From contig NC_057750.1 of NCBI RefSeq assembly GCF_004010195.1, positions 696,181-747,240 on the forward strand: a stretch of DNA of 51,060 bases, in the 5' to 3' direction. Made by a program: the position numbers and the translations under genes. Source of the stretch: Chiloscyllium plagiosum (Eukaryota). Positions 12,006 through 23,470 of the stretch are shown piece by piece; position 1 is the stretch's first letter; each line of letters starts with the position of its first letter. The notes beneath the pieces are model-generated. The model searched no databases and was not told the origin of the DNA. It was given only the letters and a program-made list of their open reading frames with translations.

Positions 12006-12910
12006 CCACAATGGCTAGGAATGTCCTTTGTGAGTTGCTTGTTCTTCTTATTGCTGTTTGTAGCAGGCTGCGTGGAAGCACACCATTACACTTGCTGAGC
12101 TAATAACTGACCCTACTCTCCATCTTAACTGAATGATTAAGAATTTTCTGAGAAAGCAAAATGCTGTTGTTTTTAAAGTGTAGCAGACATGATGAGGAAA
12201 ATTAGGAGGCATGGATAGGAAGTGAGTTCAAATAAAATCTAACAATAGTGTCAAGTGCCTGAAACTGTTTCATGAAACATTAATAGGTTTGTCTCAAGTT
12301 CATGTTAAGGTCACATTAAACCATTTTACATATTACTATGTATACATGTCACATTATAGGAACTACAGTTTAATTTCAGGATCAGAATTCCTCAGCAATA
12401 TCCAAAGCTGAAATACATTGTTAGTGACAAACAAAATCCCAGCAGAGCCAAAACATGCCAATGTCAATAACTCATCTGGTGTAATTCAAAGTCTGGGGAA
12501 AGTGTTACCAATATGAAGAGACCAAAACTCTGGTCCATAATTCTAAGTTGTCATTTACAAATCCAATGGGAAATTCTAGATAAACATTTTTATATGGAAA
12601 GTGATGGAGATGTGGAGCTTGCTCCCACACAGAGACATAAAGGTGAATAATATCAACAGACTTGAGGGAAAACTAGATCACCATACTCAGTCAAAATCCT
12701 TCCTAACCGAAGTATAGTGTACCTCAGTCCCAAGGACTGCAGTGGTTTCAGAAGGAAGCTCATCATCATCTTCTCCAGTGCAATGGTCCAGCCGACAATG
12801 CCCACACCCTCTGAACAAACGCAAACAAATGAGGAAGAAGAGAGTAGAAGTATATGCCGACAGGATGAATTGAATTAGGAAAATCATTTGGAGCTTAAAC
12901 ACTAACATGC

Positions 12911-13125
12911 GCTAGGTTAGCTCAGTTGGCTGGACTGCTGGTTTACAATGCAGAGTGAGCACTAACAGTGTGGATTCTATTTCCAAATTACCTGAGGTTG
13001 CCATTAACATCCCGCCTTTTCAACCTCTTGCCTTGCCTGAGGTGTAGTGACCCTCAGGTTAAACCACCACCTGTTGTGTCTCTCTAATGAGAAAGCAGGC
13101 TTTTGGGTCCGTGGTTAATTTACTC
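12911..13125 (+). mobile_element. tRNA-derived SINE (family B)
   Basis: A-box TAGCTCAGTTGG at 12918-12929, degraded B-box near 12972, body shared with 1005-1225. Confidence 0.78.
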
Positions 13126-13327
13126 TAAACACTTCCGAAGACCATCTGGGCAGGTGGCCTGTCTCTGTAAATTGCTGTAAAATCCTACTCCATATCAACG
13201 GTGCTGCTCACAGAATGTCATTCAGCTGCTGAGCGTGTCATACTGTGACAGTTACTCAGTTCATACTGCACCTACACCTCTCTGTTGTGGGACTGTCCCT
13301 ATTTACCAACTGGTCCAAAGAGTATAT

Positions 13328-13680
13328 GGGTGGCATGGTGGCTCTGTTGTTAGCACTGCTGCCTCACAACGCTGGGGACTCAAGCCTGATTCCACCTTTG
13401 GGTAACTGTGTGGAGTTTTCACTTTCTCCCTGTGTCTGTATGGGTTTCCTCTGGGTGGTCCAGTTTCCTCCACAGTCCAAAGATGTGAAGGTTAGCATAG
13501 ATTGCCCATGTTTTAATTGCCCCTTATATCCAGGGATGTGCAGGCTAGGTCAATGATGATGGGCAAGGCAGGGTTACAGGGATAGGGTGGGGTGTGGGTT
13601 TGGGTGGAATGCTGTTTGGTGGGTCAGTGTGGATTTGATGGGCCTAATGGCCTGTTTACACACTGTAGGGTTCTATTATA
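13328..13680 (+). mobile_element. HE1-type V-SINE (long-tail variant)
   Basis: Head, V-domain, duplicated gatgtgcagg segment, CR1-like tail. Same variant as 34403. Confidence 0.88.
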
Positions 13681-14869
13681 CTGCTATTCTAGTCTCCAAG
13701 GTAGTTCTGATCCCATCTGGGGCTACAATGCCCCAAAGTACATTCAAAATGGTGTACACCAGGGAGTAACAGAAGATATTTTGGTATTTTTAACCTGTTT
13801 AAACAGCAGACCTAGAGCACATGGCACTGTTCAGGTTCCTCTTTGGATCATTATCTGCAACTGATCAATAGATTACAAAACCTGAGCAGCCTCCGGCACC
13901 CAGTGGTAGTCAATTATCCCAACAGTCCCTTTATTTCTGGTATTTGAGGGGATCACGTAGACAGTTGGAGCATTACCATGGAGAGTTAACTTGGCTGCAA
14001 TCTTCCATTGTCACCTTGGACACTGCCAAGTACAATAATCAGCAGTTGGCAAGTAATAGTTGTGACAGCTGTTTATTACCAGTTCTGGAGATGGTATAAG
14101 TTTCCAATCACATGACTCACTGGCGTCTTCGATACTTGAGTAATCTAAACATGCTTTAAAAGTCGACATGGGGTCTCACCAGACAGTGTGAGTAACAGTA
14201 ATGGCTTCCCTGCTCACTGATTCAAATGAATGCTATGTTCCTGCAGAAATTACTGATGTTAATGCTTAACCTCAAAACTAGGAGACCTACAAAGACAGTA
14301 ACTTATTTCCAGGCTTCACTCTGTGCAGCAGAATCTCTGTACACGTTCTCTATACTCTGACAGCATTTTCAGAAATGGGGCCAACGCTGTACAGAAACCT
14401 CATTCCTCTTGTTCTTGACTTTGTTTATCCTGATGCTCTAATGGTTTCGCCAGGTTTAGTTCCCCTCGATTATCTTTCTGAATGACCAATCATCACACTC
14501 AAATATCAACAGACATTTGACCCAGTGTTGGAGCTGGTGATTTCCACTGAGTGTGTGTGATCAGATTGAGGGGGTGGGGAGCAGGAGTGTTGGTGGAGGA
14601 CAGGGTGGGGATTCTACTTGAACGAGCTCAGAATAAGGGAGTTTTCCTGGATTTTGTTCTGAAAATGCAACATTTGTTCCCACTGCTTTGCTGTCCCAGT
14701 AGGGGTCCCTGAATAGCAAGCAGGAGCTGGAACTGAAACTGTGTTTGCTACTCCTTCTCCAAGGGTACCAATCAGCTCGGATTCTAGCTAATGGACATAA
14801 ATATGATCAATAAACTTATAAACATGCAAATCTAGAACGAACACATGTTCTAATCAAGAAGTATCCTTA

Positions 14870-16100
14870 CTTGTGCTGCCTTGGTTTTACCACACTGGAC
14901 ATTCTGTGCTGTTGTGGCCATTCTATCTGAGAAAGTTGTTAATAACCTTGTAGACAGTGCAATGAAGATTCACCAGAACATTACCATGATTAGATCAGAT
15001 GTAGAGATTACAAAAACCCACCTTGATTTCCCTGGAATATAAGCAGTTAAGCAGTGATTGAATTAAGGACTTTAGGATTTTGAATGGAACTGAGGAGATA
15101 GCAACATTTTCCTATACTGGGGAAATTCAGGGAAAAGAGGCATAATTTTCAAATCTCGCCAAACTAGACAGGGGGGATGTTCAGAAGCACCTCTCGATTA
15201 GGGTTGGCGAACTCTCTTCCATCAAAGCAGGCAATACCAGTTCAGTTTTAAATCTGAGTTTGACTGATTCTCACTCCAATGGTTATTAACGGATATAGAG
15301 TCAAGATGTACAACAGCATTAAGGTACTGATTAGCAGTGACCTCATTAAATGATGCAGTGGGTATGATGGGCTGAGTGAGCTTTTCCTGATCCTATGTTT
15401 CAAGTTCAGCGTATGGAAAGGGACAGAGGCTTGACATTCATTTCCATACAGTCAGATCCATTGTCAATGTTTTGATTAACTTGGGGGATCTTTGAAAATG
15501 TTGTTTCAAAGGGAATGGAATATAAAAATAATAAAGTCTTGCTGAAACTGGACAAGGCACTGGTCAGATCACAGCTGGAATACTGGAAACAGATCTTTAT
15601 CCAAGGAAGCATATACAGAGATTAGAGGCAGCCCAGAGGAGGTTCACTAGCTGATACCGGGTATGGAGGGGAAAGGGTTTGAGTAGATTGGGTCTGAATT
15701 CATTGGAGATTAGGAGGAGAAGAAGAAGCTTTATTGAAACATATAAGGTTCTGAGGGGATTGGACAACCAATATTGTTTCCCCTTGTGGGAGCGTGTCGG
15801 ACAAGAGGGCATTACCTGAGATTAACGAGTAGGTCATTTAACTGAAAGGAATTTTTCTCTCTCACAGTGGAGTGGATCTGTGGAATTCTTTATCACAGAG
15901 GGCTGTAGAGGCTGGGTCATATATATTCAAGTATATTCAAGGCTGAGATAGAGAGATTTTTAATCAGGAAGGGGATCGAGGATTTTGGGGAAAAGGCACG
16001 AAAATGGAGTTGAGGATTATCAGATCAGCTCTGATCTCATTGAATGACAGAGTATATTTGATGGGTCAAGTAGTCTACTTCAACTCCCATGTGGTAGGGT
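14870..16100 (+). mobile_element. Two old CR1 3' fragments in tandem
   Basis: Decayed ORF2 ends (gattcaccagaac; ggtcagatcacagctggaatactg; ggctgagatagagagattttt) with tails near 15400 and 16090. Confidence 0.7.
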
Positions 16101-16104
16101 TTAC

Positions 16105-16220
16105 AGGAAGGTTTCTGGAGAAACTCAGAAGCTTTGGCAGCATCTGCGGCGAGAAAGCAGAGTTAACATTTCAATTTCAGATGGCCCTTCTTCAGAACTC
16201 TTCAGACAGTTCCGAAGAGC
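16105..16220. mobile_element. PLE family 3 fragment (left part; continues at 18149-18238 and 18430-18480)
   Basis: ctggagaaactcag..ggcagcatctg..gagaaagcagagttaaca..cccttcttcagaact. Confidence 0.7.
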
Positions 16221-16718
16221 ACAGAACATGGGACAGTACAACCCAGGAATAGGCCCTTCTGCCCACAATGTTGTGCTGAACCTGATGCCAAATTAAACTT
16301 AATCCCTTTCTGCCTGCCCCGGTCCATATCCCTCCAGTCTTTGCATACCCATGTGTTTATCTAAAAGCCCCACAATGTTGTGCTGAACCTGATGCCAAAT
16401 TAAACTTAATCCCTTTCTGCCTGCCCTTGGTCCATATCCCTCCAGTCTTTGCATACCCATGTGTTTATCTAAAAGCCCCTTAAATGCACCAATCATATCT
16501 GCCTCCACCACCATCCTTGGCAGCACTCTACCATACTCCTACCACTCTCTGTGTAAAAAACCTGCCCCTCATTTCTCCTTTTGAACTTGCCCCCTCTCAC
16601 CTTAAATGCCTGCCCCCTAGCTTTAGACATTTCAACTCTGCGGAAAAAGATTCTGACCATCAACCCTATCTCTGCATCTCATAATTTTATAAACTTCTAT
16701 CAAGTCTCCCCTCAGACT

Positions 16719-16844
16719 CCTGAAGAAGGGCCTGTGCCCGAAACGTCGAATCTCCTGTTCCCTGGATGCTGCCTGACCTGCTGTGCTGTTCCAGCAATAA
16801 AGTTTCAACTTTGATCTCCAGCATCTGCAGACCTCACTTTCTCC
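16719..16844 (+). mobile_element. PLE family 1 fragment starting at a hammerhead motif, with TSD
   Basis: CTGAAGA-A-GGGC-CTGT-GCCC-GAAACGTC from 16720. tctcccctcagactcc is repeated at 16705-16720 and 16840-16855. Confidence 0.85.
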
Positions 16845-17170
16845 CCTCAGACTCCAGAGAAAACAGCCCGAGCTTTTCTTGCCTCCCCTTATAGCCCATA
16901 CTGTCTAATCCAGCAGCGTCCTGGGAAACCTCAACTTTGATCTCCAGCATCTGCAGACCTCACTTTCTCCCCTCAGACTCCACCGCTCCAGAGAAAACAG
17001 CCCGAGCTTTTCTTGCCTCCCCTTATAGCCCATACTGTCTAATCCAGCAGCGTCCTGGGAAACCTCTTCTGCACCTTCACCAAAGCCTCCACATCCTTCC
17101 TGTAATGTGGTGACCAGAATTAATGGAATACTCTAAAGCTGCAAAATCACACCTTGACTCTAGTACTCAA

Positions 17171-17308
17171 CGTTGTAGTGGTTCTGTTCGCCGAGCTTGG
17201 AATTTGTGTTGCAGACGTTTCTTCCCCTGTCTAGGTGACATCCTCAGTACTTGGGAGTCTCTTGTGGAGCGCTTCTGTGATGTTTCCTCCGGCATTTATA
17301 GTGGCTAT
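17171..17308 (-). mobile_element. PLE family 4 terminal fragment with hammerhead motif (17210-17251)
   Basis: Minus strand reads GTA-CTGAGGA-T-GTC...GGAA-GAAACGTC-TGC. Related decayed copy at 47300-47415. Confidence 0.7.
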
Positions 17309-17904
17309 ACCAATTAATTAGTAAGACCTGACCTGCCCTGCACAATGCCATGCTGACTGTCCCTAATTAGGCCCTGCTTTTCCAAAGATGTGTAACTCCT
17401 ATCCTTCAGTATTCTCTCCAATAGCTTCCCAACCACCAATGCGAGACTCACTGGTCTCTTGTTTCCTGGATCATCCCTATTTCCCTTCTTGAACAGAGGA
17501 ACAGCATTAACTACTTACCAGTCCTCTGGGACCTCTCCAGTGGTTAGCGAAGATACAAAGATCTTGCTTAAAGCCCCAGCAATCCCATCTCTTGCCTCTC
17601 TCAGTAACCTGGGGTAGATACCTTCAGGCCCTGGGGACCTATCTGCCTTGATGCTCTTAACGAGACCTAACACCACTTCTTCCTTATTCTCATAATGCCC
17701 GATTCACTTTAACCCTATTTGCTAAGTTTGTTTCATGGCCCCTTCTTGCTCTCCTAATTCCCTGCGTGAGTTCTTTCCTGTTTTCTTTATATTCCTCACG
17801 GGCCCTGTCAGATTTTAGCCTCCCAAACCTTATTTATGCTTCTTTTTTGCCTTTTGACTAAATTCACATCCTCCCTCTTATCCCAGGATTGCTTGCCATC
17901 CTTG

Positions 17905-18093
17905 AGGAGAAAGTGAGGTCTGCAGATGCTGGAGATCAGAGCTGGAAATGTGTTGCTGGAAAAGCGCAGCAGGTCAGGCAGCATCCAGGGAACAGGAGAA
18001 TCGACGTTTCGGGCATAAGCCCTTCTTCAGGAATGAGGAAAGTTTGTCCAGCAGGCTAAGATAAAAGGTAGGGAGGAGGGACTTGGGGGAGGG
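17905..18093 (-). mobile_element. PLE family 1 fragment, young, 10-bp TSD
   Basis: gccatccttg at 17895-17904 and 18094-18103. CpGs retained. Intact hammerhead core at 17999-18034 on the minus strand. Confidence 0.9.
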
Positions 18094-18238
18094 GCCATCC
18101 TTGTCAATCTTCCTTAATGCAATATGTCAGTCCTGAACTCTGATCAGCATGGACCCAAAGAAAAAACTCTAAACATTAACTCTGTTTCTCTCGATATATT
18201 TGCAGGCAGACTTGCTGGGTTCCTTCAGCACTCTCTTC

Positions 18239-18430
18239 AGATGTGCAGGTCAGGTGAATTGGCCATGCTAAATTGTCCGTAGTGTTAGGTAAGGGGTAAA
18301 TGTAGGGGTATGGGTGGGTTTGCGCTTCGGCGGGTTGGTGTGGACTTGTTGGGCCGAAGGGCCTGTTTCCACACTGTAATCTAATATCTAATATAATATC
18401 TAATAATATCTAAATAAAAAATATCTAATC
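18239..18430 (+). mobile_element. HE1-type V-SINE, 5'-truncated
   Basis: Begins at agatgtgcaggtcagg and ends in (atcta)n-like tail repeats. Confidence 0.9.
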
Positions 18431-19282
18431 TCTGTTTTTGTATCAGATTCCCAGCATCTGCAGTTTTTTGCTTTATGTTAGTGAGATGTCAGTATAAAGG
18501 GGAATAACTTCATCTTGCTCTCAACCTAAAGGATTCTTGTGGATATCAAAGGAGCTGTAAGATTGTTAAAGCCTCGAGATGAGTGGTCACAAAGGTGGTT
18601 GGAACGAGGTACACATTGAGGAAAACTCAATACTTTCTGATACAGAAAGTAGATTGCCTGAGTGTGGGGAACTGTGAAGCATACCTGAGGCTGCTGAATC
18701 ATTGTGATTCTATTTTAGCAAAATCAATGTCATGGCCCCTTGAAGGCAACATTTCATGAAAGGATTTTTATACAAAGCGAGTGTTTGCACATCTGTTATT
18801 CATCCGTCTGTTTATTGTAGTTTTCATGATTAATATGCTCTACAGTGGCCAGCTTCACTCTCGATTACAGAACCAGCCTGCTACCATCTGCCACACCACA
18901 TTAAACATCTAGTCAATTTAAATTCCTGGACTGAGGAAGGGGTGGTGGGAACGGTGAATCAATCTGAAGTACGGTCTTTTACCTATCTGCCACATTGTCA
19001 CCTTCCACCCAAACTCACTTTCTCACAAGCTATTTGTTTCAGGCTGTTTGGGTGTCCTCATTATGGATTTTGAATGTAGGTGATATATCATCCACGGAAC
19101 GGTGTCAATAAATCAGCAAAAGTACAAAGGAAGCTAATTCCTGCATGAAGTTTACATGGTTCATGGCTGAGAGTGATACATTATCTCAACAATTGCTTCA
19201 CTTCCAGTTTAGCATCTCAGAGGTAAACTAAGGGAACTGTCCTAGCAAATCAAGTTCAAACCTTTCACTCCTAGCAGCTCAG

Positions 19283-19582
19283 TTTAGATTAGATTAGATT
19301 AGATTACAGTGTGGAAACAGGCCCTTCAGCCCAACAAGTCCACACCGACCCGTCGAAGCGAAACCCACCCTTACCCCTACATTTACCCCTTACCTAACAC
19401 TACGGGCAATTTAGTATGGCCAATTCACCTGACCCTGCATATCTTTGGACTGTGGGAGGAAACCAGAGACAGACACAGGGAGAACGTGCAAACTCCACAC
19501 AGTCAGTCGCCTGAGGCGGGAATTGAACCCGGGTTCTGGCGCTGTGAGGCAGCAGTGCTAACCACTGTGCCACCGTGCCGCC
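19283..19582 (-). mobile_element. HE1-type V-SINE, full-length and young, 8-bp TSD
   Basis: cagctcag at 19275-19282 and 19583-19590, (tagat)n tail, intact B-box, CpGs retained. Confidence 0.95.
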
Positions 19583-19629
19583 CAGCTCAGGCTAATGAGA
19601 TCTAATATTCCACTGTCTGCTGTCAAGAA

Positions 19630-19770
19630 ATGTGGAGGTGCTGGTGTTGGACTGGGGTGGACAAAGTCAGAAGTCATGCGACACCAGATTATAGTCCAAC
19701 AGGTTTCTTTGAAATCACAAGCTTTCAGAGCGCTGCCCCTTCATCAGGTGAAGTGATTTCAAATAAACTT
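19630..19770 (-). mobile_element. PLE family 2 terminal fragment with hammerhead motif (19715-19751)
   Basis: Minus strand reads TCAC-CTGATGA-A-GGGGC-AGC-GCTCT-GAAA-GCTT-GTGA. Confidence 0.75.
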
Positions 19771-19920
19771 CAGTTTTCCTTAATTTGTAGCCAGTTGCAA
19801 CCACCTCCATGACCACTCATCTAGAGGCTTTGACCACCTTGCAGCTCCTTTGACATCCTCCAGAATCCTTCATGTTGAGATCAAGAGGAGGTTATTCCCT
19901 TTGGTACTGATGTCACTAAC

Positions 19921-20125
19921 GCAAAGATGCCAGGAATCTGAAACAAAAGCAGAAAGTGCTGAAGAAACTCAGCAGGTATGGTAGCAATTTTAGAGAGAGA
20001 ATCAGAGTTAACATTTAGTGTCTTTGCTTCAGAAGGCTTCAACTGACGAAGGAGCAGTGCTCTGAAAGCTTGTGATTTCAAATAAAGCTGTTGGATGAAA
20101 ACCTGGTGTTGTGTGACTTCTGATG
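19921..20125. mobile_element. PLE family 3 fragment abutting a family 2 fragment (hammerhead motif 20043-20075, +)
   Basis: aaaagcagaaagtgctgaagaaactcagcagg..., then CTGACGA-A-GGAGC-AGT-GCTCT-GAAAGCTT. Confidence 0.7.
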
Positions 20126-20353
20126 CTAGCAGTAAATGTTCTATATGAAATGAGCTCTATCAGTCTCAGCCTGGTTTTGAATGGGATGGAACCTAATTGG
20201 TAAACTTTCTGAGAATCCACCAGTGAGAGGGAAGGAAATCAGACACAATAATTGTAATATATTCCTCAGTTTGTTGTATATTTGACCTCAGGGCAATGTA
20301 GAGGTTACACTGTTTTAAGGATACAATTGGTTGATTGACAGTATGTTGAAATA

Positions 20354-21651
20354 CCCTCAGTGACTTCCGCCACCCCTACTGCCGTGTCTGCCACCACTTC
20401 CGACCCCACCAGCGCCACTCACCTGCATTCTGCTGACACGCCCCCCACAGACCCCACTGTCACTATCCCCACCCCCCAGAACCCCGAAGGGNNNNNNNNN
20501 NNNNNNNNNNNNNNNNNNNNNNNNNNNNNNNNNNNNNNNNNNNNNNNNNNNNNNNNNNNNNNNNNNNNNNNNNNNNNNNNNNNNNNNNNNNNNNNNNNNN
20601 NNNNNNNNNNNNNNNNNNNNNNNNNNNNNNNNNNNNNNNNNNNNNNNNNNNNNNNNNNNNNNNNNNNNNNNNNNNNNNNNNNNNNNNNNNNNNNNNNNNN
20701 NNNNNNNNNNNNNNNNNNNNNNNNNNNNNNNNNNNNNNNNNNNNNNNNNNNNNNNNNNNNNNNNNNNNNNNNNNNNNNNNNNNNNNNNNNNNNNNNNNNN
20801 NNNNNNNNNNNNNNNNNNNNNNNNNNNNNNNNNNNNNNNNNNNNNNNNNNNNNNNNNNNNNNNNNNNNNNNNNNNNNNNNNNNNNNNNNNNNNNNNNNNN
20901 NNNNNNNNNNNNNNNNNNNNNNNNNNNNNNNNNNNNNNNNNNNNNNNNNNNNNNNNNNNNNNNNNNNNNNNNNNNNNNNNNNNNNNNNNNNNNNNNNNNN
21001 NNNNNNNNNNNNNNNNNNNNNNNNNNNNNNNNNNNNNNNNNNNNNNNNNNNNNNNNNNNNNNNNNNNNNNNNNNNNNNNNNNNNNNNNNNNNNNNNNNNN
21101 NNNNNNNNNNNNNNNNNNNNNNNNNNNNNNNNNNNNNNNNNNNNNNNNNNNNNNNNNNNNNNNNNNNNNNNNNNNNNNNNNNNNNNNNNNNNNNNNNNNN
21201 NNNNNNNNNNNNNNNNNNNNNNNNNNNNNNNNNNNNNNNNNNNNNNNNNNNNGAAGAACGCCTCATCTTCTGCCTCGGAACACTTCAACCCCAGGGCATT
21301 AATGTGGATTTTAACAGTTTCCTCATTTCCCCTTCCCCCACCTCATCCTAGCTTCTAACCTCCAGAAACTCGGTCCCCTGACCTGTCCGGACTTGTCCGA
21401 CCTGCCCAGCTTCTTTTCCACCTATCCACTCCACCCTCTCCTCCCTGACCGATCACCTTCATCTCCTTGCCCACTGACCTATTGTACTCTATGCCACTTT
21501 CTCCCCACCCCCCCCCTCCTCTAGCTTATCTCTCCACGCTTCAGGCTCTCTGCCTTTATTCCTGATGAAGGGCTTTTGCCCGAAACGTCGATTTTGCCTG
21601 TCCTCGGATGCTGCCTGAATTGCTGTGCTCTTCCAGCACCACTGATCCAGA
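20354..21651 (+). mobile_element. Penelope-like retroelement (family 1) spanning a gap, 14-bp TSD
   Basis: agtatgttgaaata at 20340-20353 and 21652-21665. Pro/Thr-rich ORF segment left of the gap; GIY-YIG C-terminus and hammerhead (21558-21593) right of it. Confidence 0.9.
21253..21351 (+). CDS. C-terminal end of the PLE RT/GIY-YIG endonuclease ORF (partial)
   Basis: My translation EERLIFCLGTLQPQGINVDFNSFLISPSPTSS* fits the E..I..L.T..P.G.N end motif of PLE GIY-YIG domains. This frame is not in the ORF track. Confidence 0.8.
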   Translation, partial: EERLIFCLGTLQPQGINVDFNSFLISPSPTSS

Positions 21652-22691
21652 AGTATGTTGAAATATTTCAGCAATCACAGGATTCCTACACATGCTCCAG
21701 TTTCTCAAGTCACCCTAGAGGAGTTTTTTGTTTAATTTAATTCTAAGAGACACTGCCCAAAATCAATCAAACAAGCAAACTGAGTGGCAATACGCTAAAA
21801 GGGACCAACATTACCAAATACAGATCAATTAAACCATTGATCATCACATTGGCTGATCAAAGAAAATCTATCTTGAATTTGTTCTGAAAATGTTTTGTTT
21901 GCTCGCAGGTTACATTTTTATACATAATTCTTTTGTCATCCAGAATATTTTCATCAGGGAGTCTCAACTTCCAAGTTTTTTTTGACTGATTCATCAAGAG
22001 CTTTGTATGAGGATCATTGTAGTAGGTTGTTGCAAATATAGTCTACTTGAATTAACACTGAGAATAATTCAAGTTGTTCTCAGATAAACAATGTTGACAA
22101 TGCCAGTATTTGTTACTTACCTCTGTTTAGTCTGGATGTTGATTCAGTGACAAAGAAGGAATGAGGTGAAAATGAATTTGGACTAAATCCAGGAGACAGT
22201 GCTGTTTGGGGCTATCCATTTGGTAGTTGGTTGGTAATGATCAGCAGTGACAATGGAGCTGCTTTTACAATCTTTTAATTGAAGCATTTGCTGACATTTA
22301 TCACAGGTTTTTACTTTCCAATGGAACACCTCTAGCCCAAATGAACAATAGGTTTAGCTTTGTGTCCCATCAGAAAACCAACTGCTAATTATCCCTTGTG
22401 TTCTGTGTGTTTCTTAGAGGCTGTAGGTTTATTGTGCTCAGTATAGCAATACCCTGCTGCATCAAATTGGTGGGCAACTGCTTGTTCAGGGAAACCAACC
22501 TCATTGTATTCTCCAACATGACTGGGTCTATCAGTGACAGGAGATGTTTTCTTGGCTGGTTGCTACTATAAAAACCAAGTGAACTGTGAGTTGCTGCAGA
22601 CAGAGCTAGGTAACTAAATAGACAGGAGCTGACTAAGACTGCAGCAAAGTTAAGGTGAAGCATCTGTCTCCTTGTTTGCTTCTAACTGTAT

Positions 22692-23470
22692 AGAGTCATA
22701 GAGTCATCAGCATGTACAGCACGGAAACAATTCCTTCAGTCCAACCCATCCATTCTGACCAACCCAATCTAGTCCCACCTGCCAGCACCCGGCCCATATC
22801 CCTCCAAACCCTTCCTATTCATATACCCATCCAGATGCCTTTTCAACGCTGTAATTGTACCAACCTCCATCACTTCCTCTGGCAGCTTATTCCATACACG
22901 CACCACCCTCTGCATGAAAAGGGTGCCCCTTTGGTCCCTTTTATACCTTTCCCCTCTCACCCTTAGCCTCTGCCCTCTAGTTCTGGACTCCCCCACACCA
23001 GGAAAAAGGCTATCTATTTATCCGATCCATGCCCCTCATGATTTGATAAACCCATCTAGATGCCTTTTAAATGCTGTAATTGTACCAAGCCCTCAGCCTC
23101 CGACGCTCCAGGGAAAACAACCCCAGCCTATTCAACCTCTCCCTGTAGCTCAAATCCTCCAACCCTTTTCTGAACCCTTTCGAGTTTCACAACATCCTTC
23201 CGATAGGAAGGAGACCAGTATTGCACACAATATTCCAAAAGTGGCCTAACCAATGTCCTGTCCAGCCGCAACATGACCTCCCAACTCCTGTACTCAATAC
23301 TCTGACCAATAAAGGAAAGCATGCTAAACACTTTCTTCACTATCCTATCTAGCTGCGACTCTACTTACAAGGAGCTATGACCCTGCACTCCAAGATCTCT
23401 TTGTTCAGCAACAATCCCCAGGTCCTGCTCTGATTTTCTTCTCCAAAATCGGCACCTCCCACTTATGTAA
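22692..23470 (-). mobile_element. CR1 LINE 3' fragment
   Basis: ORFs 22769-22996 (SRTRGQRLRVRGERY...RVVRVWNKLP) and 23128-23340 (LVRPLLEYCVQYWSP), plus the (gagtcata)n tail. Confidence 0.93.

Larger units (their letters stand above)
16221..18148 (-). mobile_element. CR1 LINE fragment(s) carrying nested PLE insertions and two tandem duplications
   Basis: Tail at 16221, ORF2 C-terminus 16480-17170, RT N-terminal region 17320-18148. Confidence 0.8.

Noticed and set aside
12911..12990. tRNA gene (A and B boxes); likewise the HE1 heads
   Set aside because: No complete cloverleaf, and each continues into a multi-copy SINE body.
14873..14928. Minus-strand 56-nt segment with good AG and GTAAG signals
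   Set aside because: It lies within a decayed CR1 ORF2 fragment.
20360..21358. Long ORFs of 119-332 aa here and at 5748-6278 and 39671-40210
   Set aside because: Their length comes from N runs, and the frame across a gap is unknown.
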